From assembly GCA_963783375.1 (NCBI GenBank), contig CAWANH010000029.1:480001-544000 (forward strand): a stretch of DNA of 64,000 nt. The letters are read 5' to 3'. The translations under genes and the position numbers were made by a program. This document shows, piece after piece, positions 39,563 to 50,089 of the stretch (its first letter is position 1; every line of letters begins with the position of its first letter). A model generated the notes under the pieces. The model did not search any database. It saw nothing but the letters and a program-made list of their open reading frames with translations, and was not told where the DNA came from. The stretch is from Candidatus Eiseniibacteriota bacterium. Lineage in GTDB: Bacteria; Eisenbacteria; RBG-16-71-46; JABDJR01.

Positions 39563-40627
39563 TCAGGCCGCCTCGGAGATCCGTCCGGGGTTTCCCGGGG
39601 ATTCCGCGCTCACCACGCAGTTCCGCCCCTGACGCTTGGCCACGAAGAGGGCGGCGTCGGCCGCGGCCAGCAGCGCCTCCATGGTGGCCCCGTGCTGGGG
39701 GAAGCTCGCCACCCCGATGCTCACGGTGATGGTGCCGGGAACGCAATGGGGAAAGGCGGCGTCGGCCACCGCGGTGCAGATCCGATGCCCCATGCTGGCC
39801 GCGCCGTCGAGGCGGGTCTGGGGAAGGATGATCAGGAACTCGTCCCCGCCGTACTTGGCTACCAGGTCGATGGCGCGGGAGTTTCGGGCCAGGATGCCCG
39901 CGAGCTGGCGGAGGAGCTCGCTCCCCCCCAGGTGGCCGTGCTCCTCGTTGTATCGCTTCAGGTGATCCACGTCGATCATGATGACCGAGAAGGTCTGGCC
40001 GTACCGTGAGGCCCGCGCCACCTCGCGGCGGAGCGCGGTCTTCAGGAACCGGTAGTTGTAGACCCGGGTGAGCTCGTCGGTGATGGCCAGGGACTCGACT
40101 TCCTGGAATGCGCGCAGGTTGGCGATGGCGCCGGCGGTGTGCTCGGCCACCAGGTTCACCAGGTTCTGCTCTTCCTCGCTGAACGGCTGGTCGTCCTCGC
40201 GCAACGCCACCAGGAGCCCGGCCGGGCGGTCGCGCATGGGGATGGGAACCCCCATCCAGGCCCCGAGGCCCATGAGATCGAGGAAGTCGTGGGCGGAAGG
40301 GGCGTCGTCTTCGCCGCGCCGCCAGGCCAGCGGCCCGGCCCCGTCCAGAACGCGCCGGCCGAAGCGGCCCGGCCCTTCCCAGGGCTCGGTGCGGACCATG
40401 AGGGAGGATTCCTCGGCGATCGAGACCAGGCTCGCCCCGTCCACCGCGGCCGCGGCGTAGACCAGGGAGACCCCGAGGATCTCCTGGGTCACCACCGCCG
40501 CCCGGGCGAGGATGCCGGAGAGGTCTCGCCGACCCTCGTCGAGATCGGCGATGTCCTTGATTCTTGCGCAGAGAAGCCGGTAGCCGTCGTGCATCCTAGT
40601 GCCTCGCCCCTCGGCGGTTGGGGACAT
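39563..40627 (-). CDS. GAF-GGDEF diguanylate cyclase
   Basis: TDELTRVYN, MIDVDHLKRYNEEHGH, intact GGDEF preceded by an RxxD I-site (RAID). Start may be 40594. Confidence 0.9.
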   Translation of the reverse strand: MSPTAEGRGTRMHDGYRLLCARIKDIADLDEGRRDLSGILARAAVVTQEILGVSLVYAAAAVDGASLVSIAEESSLMVRTEPWEGPGRFGRRVLDGAGPLAWRRGEDDAPSAHDFLDLMGLGAWMGVPIPMRDRPAGLLVALREDDQPFSEEEQNLVNLVAEHTAGAIANLRAFQEVESLAITDELTRVYNYRFLKTALRREVARASRYGQTFSVIMIDVDHLKRYNEEHGHLGGSELLRQLAGILARNSRAIDLVAKYGGDEFLIILPQTRLDGAASMGHRICTAVADAAFPHCVPGTITVSIGVASFPQHGATMEALLAAADAALFVAKRQGRNCVVSAESPGNPGRISEAA

Positions 40628-40712
40628 TCCGTCATGGGGAGATATCGGCGTCGAGCGCGGGAACCTTGGGAAAAACCGTCCCCGGAGGAGGACTCCGGGG
40701 GATTTGGCCGGG

Positions 40713-41009
40713 TCAGGGCCCGGAAGGCGGTCCCTTGGGCGGGCGCCCCCCCGATCGGCGGCCCCGCCGGACGTTCCGGACCCCCTGGAACGCGAGATAC
40801 GCGGCCACGATCACCGCCCCCAGGGTGAGGGACGCGGGGAACCAGCCGGGGATCCGGACCCCGTCCCGGACCAGCCGGTCCAGTACCTTCTCCACCGGGA
40901 GCGCCCGGAAGTAGACCACCAGCGCGGCGGTGAGGAAATAGAGGCCGGCCATGACCAGGTTGAACCAGGCCGCGGACCGGGGATCGGGAGGGGGCCGGCG
41001 GTCGGGCAC
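40713..41009 (-). CDS. Small two-TM hypothetical membrane protein
   Basis: Two hydrophobic helices, GC3-rich codons, 4 nt downstream of the M28 gene. Confidence 0.55.
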   Translation of the reverse strand: MPDRRPPPDPRSAAWFNLVMAGLYFLTAALVVYFRALPVEKVLDRLVRDGVRIPGWFPASLTLGAVIVAAYLAFQGVRNVRRGRRSGGRPPKGPPSGP

Positions 41010-41013
41010 GGCG

Positions 41014-42792
41014 CTATCTCAGGACGACGAACTTGGCCACCGCCACGTCCGCGGTCCCTCCCCCGCTCCCGTTGAACAGCTCGACCCGGATGAGGTAGAG
41101 CCCGGGAGCCAGCCCTTTCTGCCGGAGCAGGGCATCCAGGTACACGTCGGCGGGGCCGGGATCCACCAGCGTGCTGGGCAGGGCGGCCTCGTAGGAGTAA
41201 TCCCGCTCGTCCAGAACCTTCCCGGTGAGGTCGAGCAGGGTCAGCCGGATCGCCCCTCCCCGGGTGAGCTCATAGTGAAGCTTGGCCGACCCCGGATCCC
41301 GGGTGGGGTTCGGGTAGACGTAGGCCGCGGCGATTCCCGAATGGGGGCCGCGCACCGCCACCGAGCGGCGGGCCACCTGCTCCAGGGCGGGGGCGGCGGG
41401 ATCGATGACCCGTGCCCTAACCTCGATCGCTCCCGCCTCGCCGGCGGCGGGGATCCAGGGAAGGATCAGCTTGGCCCGACCCCCGGCCGGGAGCATCGGC
41501 GGACCGGAGCGGGTCCCCAGCTCACGGATCACCCGGCCGTCCAGGCGTTCCAAGGTGAAGCCCACCGAGAACCCGCCGGTGCGGGTCCCGCCGCGGTTGG
41601 TCACCCCGACCACGATCTCCACGGAATCGCCCACCGAGACCTGGGTGGCGTCCACCACCCGGGAGCCGGGGATGTCCCGCTGGAAGAGGATGTCCTCGTC
41701 ATCCATGACCAGGGAGTCCGGCCCGGTTTCCGCCCACGACTCGAAGAGTCCCAGCACCAGTTCCGAGGCCTTGGCCGCCATGGCGCCGTCCCGGGAGTAG
41801 GTGTTGGCCACGATGTCCGATTCCCGGTGGTAGTACGGATTGTGGGCGTCGATCTTGGGCGACTCGATCAGGAGCACCGCGTCGTAGCCCTGGGCCCAGA
41901 ACGGGGCGTGATCGCTGTAGGTGAGTCCCTGGACCACCCGTTCGAGCTGGAGGCCGGGGGCGGCCCCGCCCTGGTGCACGGCCAGGAGGTCGTTGGCCAT
42001 CCAGCGCGAGGTCACGTTGGTGAGCACCACCAGGGAGTCGCGCCGAGGGTTGTAGGACACCATGTCCAGGTTCAGCATGCCGTAGAGGATGCGATCCCCG
42101 AGCTTCCCCGCTGCGAACACGCTATCGGCCAGGAACCGGCTTCCGAGGAGGATGTTCTCGGAGCTGGTCTTCTTGTCCATGAAGGGTTGCTGTTCCTCGC
42201 CGTCGAAGAAGCAGATCATGACGTCGGCCTGGGGGCGAACCCCCCGCTCGGCCAGGACCCGGACCGCTTCCAGGATCGAGGAGACCCCGCTCCCGTTGTC
42301 GTCGGCGCCGGGGGCGGTCGCGGTGAAGGGGTCCCACTCGGGGTGGGTCAGCTCCTCGTTCTGGGAGGTCCCGTCGAGGTGCGCTCCCACCAGGAAGATG
42401 CCCGGCGACTCGGCCCCCAGGGCTCCCGGGATCATGCCCACCACGTCGGTGTAGACCGACCGGGTGGGTTCGGGCCCCGTGTACTGGAGGTCGGGATAGA
42501 AGGTGTCGAGCACCGCGGTCCCGCCCAGCGGAGCCAACGCGGCCTTCAGCCTTTCCACCAGGTAGCGCGGGTAGGCCGCGGTGGAGGGAAGAGGCGCCCA
42601 TCGGGTCGGGGGTCCGACCGCGGTTTCCCCGGAGAGATCCCGGGCGGTGGCCAGGATGGAGTCCGCGGAGATATCCACCGCGCCCGGCCGTGCCTCGGAA
42701 CGCACCCCGGCCAGGACCGCGGCGACGACCGCCAGGAGCAACCAGAAGACCCAGGAGCTTCGACTGCGGGAGGCGGAAATCATGGGTGGCAT
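41014..42792 (-). CDS. Secreted M28 metallo-aminopeptidase with CARDB-like and C-terminal T9SS-like domains
   Basis: GAHLD, PGADDNGSG, FDGEEQ, LNLDM, SDHAPF, YYH..SD. C-terminus YVYPNP...LAPGLYL...KFVVLR. Confidence 0.85.
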   Translation of the reverse strand: MPPMISASRSRSSWVFWLLLAVVAAVLAGVRSEARPGAVDISADSILATARDLSGETAVGPPTRWAPLPSTAAYPRYLVERLKAALAPLGGTAVLDTFYPDLQYTGPEPTRSVYTDVVGMIPGALGAESPGIFLVGAHLDGTSQNEELTHPEWDPFTATAPGADDNGSGVSSILEAVRVLAERGVRPQADVMICFFDGEEQQPFMDKKTSSENILLGSRFLADSVFAAGKLGDRILYGMLNLDMVSYNPRRDSLVVLTNVTSRWMANDLLAVHQGGAAPGLQLERVVQGLTYSDHAPFWAQGYDAVLLIESPKIDAHNPYYHRESDIVANTYSRDGAMAAKASELVLGLFESWAETGPDSLVMDDEDILFQRDIPGSRVVDATQVSVGDSVEIVVGVTNRGGTRTGGFSVGFTLERLDGRVIRELGTRSGPPMLPAGGRAKLILPWIPAAGEAGAIEVRARVIDPAAPALEQVARRSVAVRGPHSGIAAAYVYPNPTRDPGSAKLHYELTRGGAIRLTLLDLTGKVLDERDYSYEAALPSTLVDPGPADVYLDALLRQKGLAPGLYLIRVELFNGSGGGTADVAVAKFVVLR

Positions 42793-42903
42793 CCCGGCAT
42801 CCTAGCGCGGGGAGCGGGGACTGAAAAGGCCGATCCCGGCCGGGGGAGCCGGGATCGGATTTCCGGGCCGCCCGGAGATGATCCGGCGTCGGGAGATCGG
42901 AAT

Positions 42904-42980
42904 TGGTACGCCCGACAGGATTCGAACCTGTGACCTCTTGCTCCGGAGGCAAGCGCTCTATCCAGCTGAGCTACGGGCGC
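42904..42980 (-). tRNA. tRNA-Arg(CCG)
   Basis: GCGCCCGTAGCTCAGCTGGATAGAGCGCTTGCCTCCGGAGCAAGAGGTCACAGGTTCGAATCCTGTCGGGCGTACCA folds as a cloverleaf with anticodon CCG and encoded CCA. Confidence 0.96.
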
Positions 42981-43008
42981 GCAAATGTCGGCCTCAAAAG
43001 AGCGATGA

Positions 43009-43037
43009 AGTCTGTCACGGCGGCGGGATGCTGTCAA
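43009..43037 (-). promoter_or_regulatory. Putative promoter of tRNA-Arg
   Basis: TTGACA - 17 nt - CAGACT with TG before the -10, about 30 nt upstream of the tRNA. Confidence 0.55.
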
Positions 43038-43867
43038 GAAGTCCCCGGCTCGGGCGCCTCGTCCCCCCGAAGCTCGTTGAGCTTCCGGCCCGGGTCGGCC
43101 GCGGTGATCAGCGCCTCGCCCACCAGGAGCGCGTCCACCCCCGCCCGCTCGAGGCGGAGTACCACCTCCCGGTCCGCGATGCCGCTCTCCCCCACCGTGG
43201 CCACGCCGGTTCCGGCCAGGGCGGGAAGGACCGTTTCGGTCCGCCCCACGTCCACGCGGAAGGTGGCGAGGTCCCGGTTGTTCACGCCGATCACCCGCGC
43301 CCCCGCCTTGAGCGCGGCTTCGGCCTGGTCGGTGTTCTCCACCTCGACCAGATGGCCGAGCCCGAATTCCGCTGCGAGGTCGATGTAGTCCTTCAGCTGG
43401 AAAGGGCCCAGGACCGCGGCCAGCAGCAGCACCGCGTCCGCCTCCCCCGCGGCCGCTTCGAGGATCTGGAGCTCGTGGAGGTGGAAATCCTTGCGAAGGA
43501 GCGGGAGGTCGCGCGCTCCGCGCCGGGCCAGGCCCAGGAATTCCTCCTCGCCCTGGAAGAAGTGGGGTTCGGTCACCACCGACACCGCGCTCGCTCCGTG
43601 CTCGCGGTAGATCTCCGCCTGGACGGCGGGGGCGAGGTCGGCCTTGAGGAGCCCCTTGGACGGGGACGCCTTCTTGATCTCGCAGAGGAAGCGCACCGGG
43701 GCCTCGGGAGGATCGCGCCGAAGCGCCCGGTCCAGGGCGCGGCGGGACCCGGCCCGCGCCCTCCCCCGTTCCTCCAGGTCCCGGAGGCTCACCCGGGCGC
43801 GGCGTCCGGCCACGTCGGCCAGGGTGCGCTCGACGATCCGGCCGAGGATTCCGGTGGGGGCGATCAC
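43034..43867 (-). CDS. trpC: Indole-3-glycerol-phosphate synthase
   Basis: EIKKASPSKG, SVVTEPHFFQG, PLLRKDF, LVEV, GVNNRDL, ESGI, LVGEAL. Confidence 0.93.
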   Translation of the reverse strand: MIAPTGILGRIVERTLADVAGRRARVSLRDLEERGRARAGSRRALDRALRRDPPEAPVRFLCEIKKASPSKGLLKADLAPAVQAEIYREHGASAVSVVTEPHFFQGEEEFLGLARRGARDLPLLRKDFHLHELQILEAAAGEADAVLLLAAVLGPFQLKDYIDLAAEFGLGHLVEVENTDQAEAALKAGARVIGVNNRDLATFRVDVGRTETVLPALAGTGVATVGESGIADREVVLRLERAGVDALLVGEALITAADPGRKLNELRGDEAPEPGTS

Positions 43868-44891
43868 GCCGGGTAGCTCCGGGTGAACGCCACGAACGCA
43901 TCGAGCGCGGCCGCGGCCCGGCCCGAAGCCACCGCCTCGCGCGCCGCCGCCACCCCGTCGCGGAGGCTCGGCGCGCGTCCGGTCACGTAGAGCGCGGCCC
44001 CCCCGTTCAGGCAGACCACTTCCCGCGGCGGCCCATCGCGGTCGGTGAGGAGGCTACGGATGAGCGCGGCGTTCCGGGGGGCGTCGCCGCCGCGGAGGGT
44101 GTCGGGAGAGGCCGGGGCGGCCCCCAGCTCCTCCGGGGTGATGGTGTAGGTGCGAAGCCCGCCGTCCCGCCATTCGCTCACCCGGGTGGGCCCGGAAAGG
44201 GAGATCTCGTCCAGTCCCCCATCGCCGTGCACCACCATCGCCCCCTCGCTCCCCAGGATGGAGAGCACGAGGGCCAGGGTTTCGGTGAGCGCCGGGTCGT
44301 AGACCCCCAGCACCTGGTGGGTGGCCCCGGCCGGGTTGGAGAGCGGCCCCAGCACGTTGAACAGGGTCCGAAGCGCGAGTTCCTTCCGGGGGGCGGCCGC
44401 GTACTTCATGGCGCCGTGATGAAGGGGGGCGAAGAGAAACCCCACCCCGGTCGCCTCCAGACACGCCTCCACCCCCTCGGGGGGAAGGTCGATTCGCGCC
44501 CCCAGAGCTTCCAGGACATCGGCGCTTCCGCAGCGGCTCGACACCGAGCGGTTTCCGTGCTTCGCCACCGCCAGCCCGGCCCCGGCGGCCACGAACGCGG
44601 CCGCGGTGGAAATGTTGAAGGTGCCGCTCTGGTCGCCCCCGGTCCCGCAGGTGTCCAGCAGCGGACGGCGATCGGAGCGGATGCGCCGGGCGTGGGCCCG
44701 CATGGACTCCGCCGCCCCCGCGATCTCCTCCGGGGTTTCGCCGCGGAGGCGGAGGGCCATCAGGAAGGCCCCGATCTGGGCCGGGGTCGCGATCCCCTGC
44801 ATGATCACGTCCATGGCGCCGCGGGTCTCCTCGCGGGTGAGCCGCGCGCCCTCGGCCAGGCGGGCCAGAACGTGGGTGAAGGTCGTGGTGG

Positions 44892-44895
<4 letters not shown>
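43864..44895 (-). CDS. trpD: Anthranilate phosphoribosyltransferase
   Basis: DTCGTGGD, FNIST, AKHGNRSVSSRCGSADVLEALG, RTLFNVLGPLSNP, GLDEIS. Confidence 0.95.
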
Positions 44896-45568
<673 letters not shown>

Positions 45569-45572
<4 letters not shown>

Positions 45573-47260
45573 CGGGAACCCTCGCCGGCGAGCAGCGCCC
45601 GCGCGGTCCGCCGGGCGTCCTCGCCCCCCGCGCTTCCGGCCAGCATCCGGGCCAGCTCCTCCTCGCGGGCGGCGCCGGTGATCTCCTCGATCCGGATCCG
45701 GGTGCGCTTCCGCTCGGTTTCCTTGACCAGGCGAAGGTGGTGCCCGGCCCGGCCCGCGATGACCGCGAGGTGGGTGACCACCAGAACCTGTCGCTCCCGG
45801 GCGATGGCCGCGAGACGCGCGCCCACTGCTTCGGCGACCATTCCCCCGATCCCCGCGTCCACCTCGTCGAATATGACCAGGGGCATCGGATCCACGCGGC
45901 GGAGCACGTTCTTCAGCGCGAGCATGACCCGCGACGCCTCGCCCCCCGAGGCGATCCGGCTCAGGGGTCCCGCGGTCTCTCCGGGGTTGGCGGCAAGGGT
46001 GAACGCGGCCTCCTCGGTTCCGCGGGGACCGACCGGGTGCTCGCGACCGGGAAGGGTCAGGCCTTCCCGGGGCGGGCGAAGCTCCACCCAGAACCGGGCC
46101 CCCTCCATTCCCAGGCCCTTGAGCTCGACGGTCACTTCGCGGGCGAACGCCGCCGCGGCGCGGCTCCGGGCCGCGCTCAGGGCGGCGCAGGCCCCGACCA
46201 GCTCCCGTCCCGCCCGATCCACCTCGCCTTCGAGGCGTCCCAGGCGCTTGGGCGCTTCCTCCCATCCATCCAGGGTCGCGCGGAACGCGTCGCGCTTCTC
46301 GATGAGCGCGTCCACGGAAGCGTGGTATTTCCGGCGAAGGCGCGCCAGAAGGTCCAGGCGGGCCTCGATCTCCTCCAACCGCTCCGGATCCGCGCTCAAG
46401 CCGTCGCCGTACCGGGAGAGCTCCCGGGCCGCCTCCTCGCAGGCCACCAGGGCCTCGTCCACCTGCCGTCGGATCGCGTCCAGAGCCGCATCCAATTCCG
46501 CGCCCTGGCCCAGGTCCCGGGAGGCGCGGCCAAGGAGGGACTCGGCGCCGGGGTCGCCCTCGGAGAGGTTGTCCAGCGCGGAGGCGGTGAGCTCGGCCAG
46601 CTTCCCCGCGTGGGCGGCCAGATGACGCTCACGCTGGAGATCCTCCTCCTCCCCCGGCTCGAGGTGGGCGGCGGTGAGCTCGTCGAGCTGGAACCGGAGA
46701 AACTCGCGCTCTCCCGCGCTCCGCCGGGACTCGGCCAGGAAGGCGTCGCGATCCCCGATCGCCTTCCGGGTGGCCGCGAAGGCATCGGTGACCGCCCGGG
46801 CGAGGTCCCCGTCGGCGGCGAAGGCGTCCAGGTAATCGAGGTGGGTTTCCTCGCGAAGCAGCCGCTGCTGCTCGTGCTGGCCGTGGAGGTCGGCCAGGGC
46901 GCCTCCCAGCTCCCGGAGCCGGCCCACCGTGGCCGGCCGGTCGTTCACGTAGGCCCGGGATCGCCCGTCGGCTCCGATCACCCGGCGCAGGAGGAGGCCG
47001 CCCTCGTCGATCGCCTGATCGATCCCCCGGGAGGTGAAATGATCGCCGGGGAGCTCGAAGCGGGCCACGATCTCCGCCTCCTCGGCCCCGCGGCGCACCA
47101 GCTCGGCCGAGGCTCTCCCTCCCAGGACCAGATCGAGCGACCCGACCACCAGCGACTTCCCCGCCCCCGTCTCTCCGGTGAGCGCGTTCAGCCCCGGCTT
47201 GAACCGGGCCTCGAGGCGCTCCACCACCGCCAGGTTGGAGACCCAGAGTTCGGTCAGCAT
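45569..47260 (-). CDS. recN: DNA repair protein RecN
   Basis: LTGETGAGKS, LHGQHEQQ, ASGGE..R.MLALK, IFDEVDAGIGG, QVLVVTH. Confidence 0.95.
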
Positions 47261-47458
47261 GGTTCCCCTCTCCGGACGGGACGGTTCCTGGTTCAACGGT
47301 TCGGAACGGGCCGCGCGGCGGCGCGGTTTCCATCGTCGGCCGCCGGCGGGTTTCGGGACAGTGTATAGGAAAAGGGCATGAAGCCAGAAGGGCGGTCCGC
47401 GGTCGCGCGGCGCCGCTCGAGGGTTCCGGCCGGTCGTCGTCCTCCAAGCCGGCGCGAC

Positions 47459-48334
47459 TCAGCGGTTCTTCGGGATCCCCCCCCAGTTGAGCTTGGTGCG
47501 CAGGATCTCGTAGTAGGGACGGCGGCCGAGGAAGGCCAGACGCGCCCGGCGCGGGGAGATCCCGATCCGGATCGAGGTGTCGGGAGCGACCTGGCGGGCA
47601 TCCTGTCCGTCGGCGGTGATCTTGAGGGCCACGCCGGAGAGCAGGTTCTCCACCTCCACCGTCTCGTGGTCGCCGAACACCAGAGGCCGGATGGAGAGGG
47701 AGTGTGCGCACATCGGGGTCACCACCAGGGCCGGCACCTCGGGGTGGACGATGGGTCCGCCGGCGGAGAGGGAGTACGCGGTGGAGCCGGTGGGGGTGGC
47801 CACCACCAGGCCGTCGGCGGTGAAGGTGCCCACGTAGGCGCCGTCGATGTCCATCTTGAGCACCACCGCCCGCCGGTTGAAGGTTCCCTCGTCGATCACC
47901 ACGTCGTTCAGCGCGTGCATTTCGATTTCGCCCCCATCCAGCTCCCACGCCCGGGCCATGATGAGCGGCCGGTCCTCAAGGCCGTAGGATCCGGCCAGAA
48001 CCGCGTCCAGACAGGAATCGATTTCGTCGGAAGGGACCGCGGTGAGGAATCCGAGCCCGCCGAGGTTGACCCCCAGGATCGGGACCTCGCGTCCCTCCAA
48101 CCCGCGCACCGCGTTCAGGAGCGTCCCGTCTCCCCCCAGGCAAAGGAGGAGATCGGTCTCGTCGAGGAAGCCGTCCTCCCTCCCCGTCTCCCCCAGCGCC
48201 TCGGCCAGGTCGTTCTTGAGCAGGACATCGACCCCGGCCGCGCGAAGACGTTTCACCGTCTTCTCGACCACGGGAAGGGCCTGGGTCTTGTCGAGGTTCG
48301 CCTGCACCGAGACGCGTTGCGGCTTCGCCATCAT
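47459..48334 (-). CDS. nadK: NAD kinase
   Basis: LGGDGTLL, GVNLGGLGFL, ALND, DGLVVATPTGSTAYSLSAGGP. Confidence 0.95.
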   Translation of the reverse strand: MMAKPQRVSVQANLDKTQALPVVEKTVKRLRAAGVDVLLKNDLAEALGETGREDGFLDETDLLLCLGGDGTLLNAVRGLEGREVPILGVNLGGLGFLTAVPSDEIDSCLDAVLAGSYGLEDRPLIMARAWELDGGEIEMHALNDVVIDEGTFNRRAVVLKMDIDGAYVGTFTADGLVVATPTGSTAYSLSAGGPIVHPEVPALVVTPMCAHSLSIRPLVFGDHETVEVENLLSGVALKITADGQDARQVAPDTSIRIGISPRRARLAFLGRRPYYEILRTKLNWGGIPKNR

Positions 48335-48349
48335 CGCCTTCCGGACCTC

Positions 48350-48787
48350 CTATAGATACCAGACCACGCCGTAGATCACGCCGACCGCCGCCCCCACGAA
48401 CACCTCGAAGGGGGTATGTCCGACCAGCTCGGTCAACCGCTCGGCCAGGAGCCCCCGATGGGCGTAGTGGTCCTCGACGATGCGGTTCAGCACCCGGGCC
48501 TGCATGCCCGCCGCCCGCCGGAGCCCGGCTGCATCGTACATGATGACCAGGCTGAAGAAGAGGGTGACCCCGAACAGGGTCGAGCCGGTGCCGTCGAGGA
48601 AGGCCACCGACGTGGTGAGAGCGGCCACGCTGGCCGAGTGCGAGCTGGGCATGCCGCCGGTCCCCACCAACCGGGTGAAGTTCACCTGGCGATGGGTCAC
48701 CAAATAGGCCAGGAACTTGTAGAACTGGACCAGAAATCCCGCGCTCAGGGCAACGATGTACGGCGCCGAGGCGATGAAGTCCTTCAT
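48350..48787 (-). CDS. Divergent PAP2 family protein (DUF212)
   Basis: GGMPSSHSA, MYDAAGLRRAAG.QA..LN, L.ELVGHTP.EV. Confidence 0.9.
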   Translation of the reverse strand: MKDFIASAPYIVALSAGFLVQFYKFLAYLVTHRQVNFTRLVGTGGMPSSHSASVAALTTSVAFLDGTGSTLFGVTLFFSLVIMYDAAGLRRAAGMQARVLNRIVEDHYAHRGLLAERLTELVGHTPFEVFVGAAVGVIYGVVWYL

Positions 48788-49761
48788 GCTTCTTCCTTGG
48801 GCCGGAGAAGCCCGCCGTCCGGTCCGCGCCGGCGGCGGTCCACCAGCTCGATGAGGCCGCCGAAGAGATCGCGGTCCCCGGGGAGGCGCTTCACCTCCTC
48901 GACGGCCCGGGCCAGCTCCCGGTCCACCGCCCGATGCGACGCCTCGAATCCCAGGATGGACGGATAGGTCACCTTCCCCCGGATCCGGTCGCGCCCCGGA
49001 TCGCGCCCCAGCTCCCGCACCGTCCCCGCCGCGCCCAGGATGTCGTCCACGATCTGAAACGCCAGCCCCACCGATCCGCCGTAGCGGGCGAAGCGCCGGA
49101 GATCGGCCGCCGGGGCCTCGGCCGCGATCGCGCCGAGCCGGAGGGCGGCGATGAACAGCCTCCCCGTCTTCTGCTCGTGAATGTAGCGGAGCGCGTTCCG
49201 GCTCACCCGCTTTCCCTCCGACCGGAGGTCCATGACCTGGCCTCCGATCACCCCGTCGGAGCCGGTGGCCCGGCTGAGTTCCTCCACCAGGCGCACGGTC
49301 ACTGCGGGACCGAGGGACCGCGCTTGGGCGGCCACCACCCCGAAGGCCAGGGTGAGGAGCGCGTCCCCGGCCAGGATCGCCACCCCTTCCCCGAAGGCCC
49401 GGTGATTGGACGGTTTTCCCCGGCGGAAGTCGTCGTCGTCCATGGCCGGCAAATCGTCGTGGATCAGGGAAAAAGCATGCACCATTTCCAGGGCGGCGGC
49501 CACCGCGTCGACCCGGCGTCCCCGTCCCCCCGAAGCCTCGTAGGCCAGAACCACCATGGCCGGCCGCAGCCGCTTGCCCTCGGAGAGCGCGGTGTAGCGC
49601 ATGGACTCGTGGATGGCCGCGGGACGAACCGATGCCCCGGGAATGAGCCGGTCCAGGGCGCGATCCACCCGCGTCGCGGTCCGCTCCACGAAGCGACGGA
49701 ACGTCCAGAGCCGGACGTCCGGATCAGAATGGGAGCTCGTCCGATGGATCCTCGTCTTCAT
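48784..49761 (-). CDS. ispA: Farnesyl/geranylgeranyl diphosphate synthase
   Basis: GKRLRP, SLIHDDLPAMDDDDFRRGKP, GGQVMD, FQIVDDIL. Exact start uncertain. Confidence 0.92.
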   Translation of the reverse strand: MKTRIHRTSSHSDPDVRLWTFRRFVERTATRVDRALDRLIPGASVRPAAIHESMRYTALSEGKRLRPAMVVLAYEASGGRGRRVDAVAAALEMVHAFSLIHDDLPAMDDDDFRRGKPSNHRAFGEGVAILAGDALLTLAFGVVAAQARSLGPAVTVRLVEELSRATGSDGVIGGQVMDLRSEGKRVSRNALRYIHEQKTGRLFIAALRLGAIAAEAPAADLRRFARYGGSVGLAFQIVDDILGAAGTVRELGRDPGRDRIRGKVTYPSILGFEASHRAVDRELARAVEEVKRLPGDRDLFGGLIELVDRRRRGPDGGLLRPKEEA

Positions 49762-50089
49762 CCTCTCCGTCCTCTTCCACGGCGTCTTCGTCCTCCCCGA
49801 GCGAGGAGGGCTCGAGCCGGAACCCCTCCGCCTTCTCGGAGAGCTCGCGGATCATGGTCTCGGCCCGGTCGAGCTTCTCCAGGCATTGACGAACCAATCG
49901 GGTTCCCTCGGCGTAGGCCTGAATGCTTTCTTCCAGGGGGATCTCCCCCTCCTCCAATCGGCCCACGATGGCTTCCAACCGCTCCAGGGCGGCCTCGAAG
50001 GTCAACTCCCCGGCCCCCGCGGGCGGGGTCCCGGCCCGGGAACCGGCGGACGGCTTCCGGGATGCGCTCTTCTTCCTGCTCGGCTTCAT
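49724..50089 (-). CDS. xseB: Exodeoxyribonuclease VII small subunit
   Basis: TFEAALERLEAIVGRLEEGEIPLEESIQAYAEG; acidic tail. Confidence 0.9.
   Translation of the reverse strand: MKPSRKKSASRKPSAGSRAGTPPAGAGELTFEAALERLEAIVGRLEEGEIPLEESIQAYAEGTRLVRQCLEKLDRAETMIRELSEKAEGFRLEPSSLGEDEDAVEEDGEDEDEDPSDELPF

Noticed and set aside
42800-42980. tRNA-Arg as the integration site of a genomic island
   Set aside because: No duplicated tRNA 3' end seen downstream, no integrase, no compositional shift.
47261-47310. Repeated GGTTC/GAACC pentamers upstream of recN as a LexA box
   Set aside because: Spacing fits neither CGAAC-N4-GTTCG nor GTTC-N7-GTTC, and no matching motif was seen upstream of uvrC.
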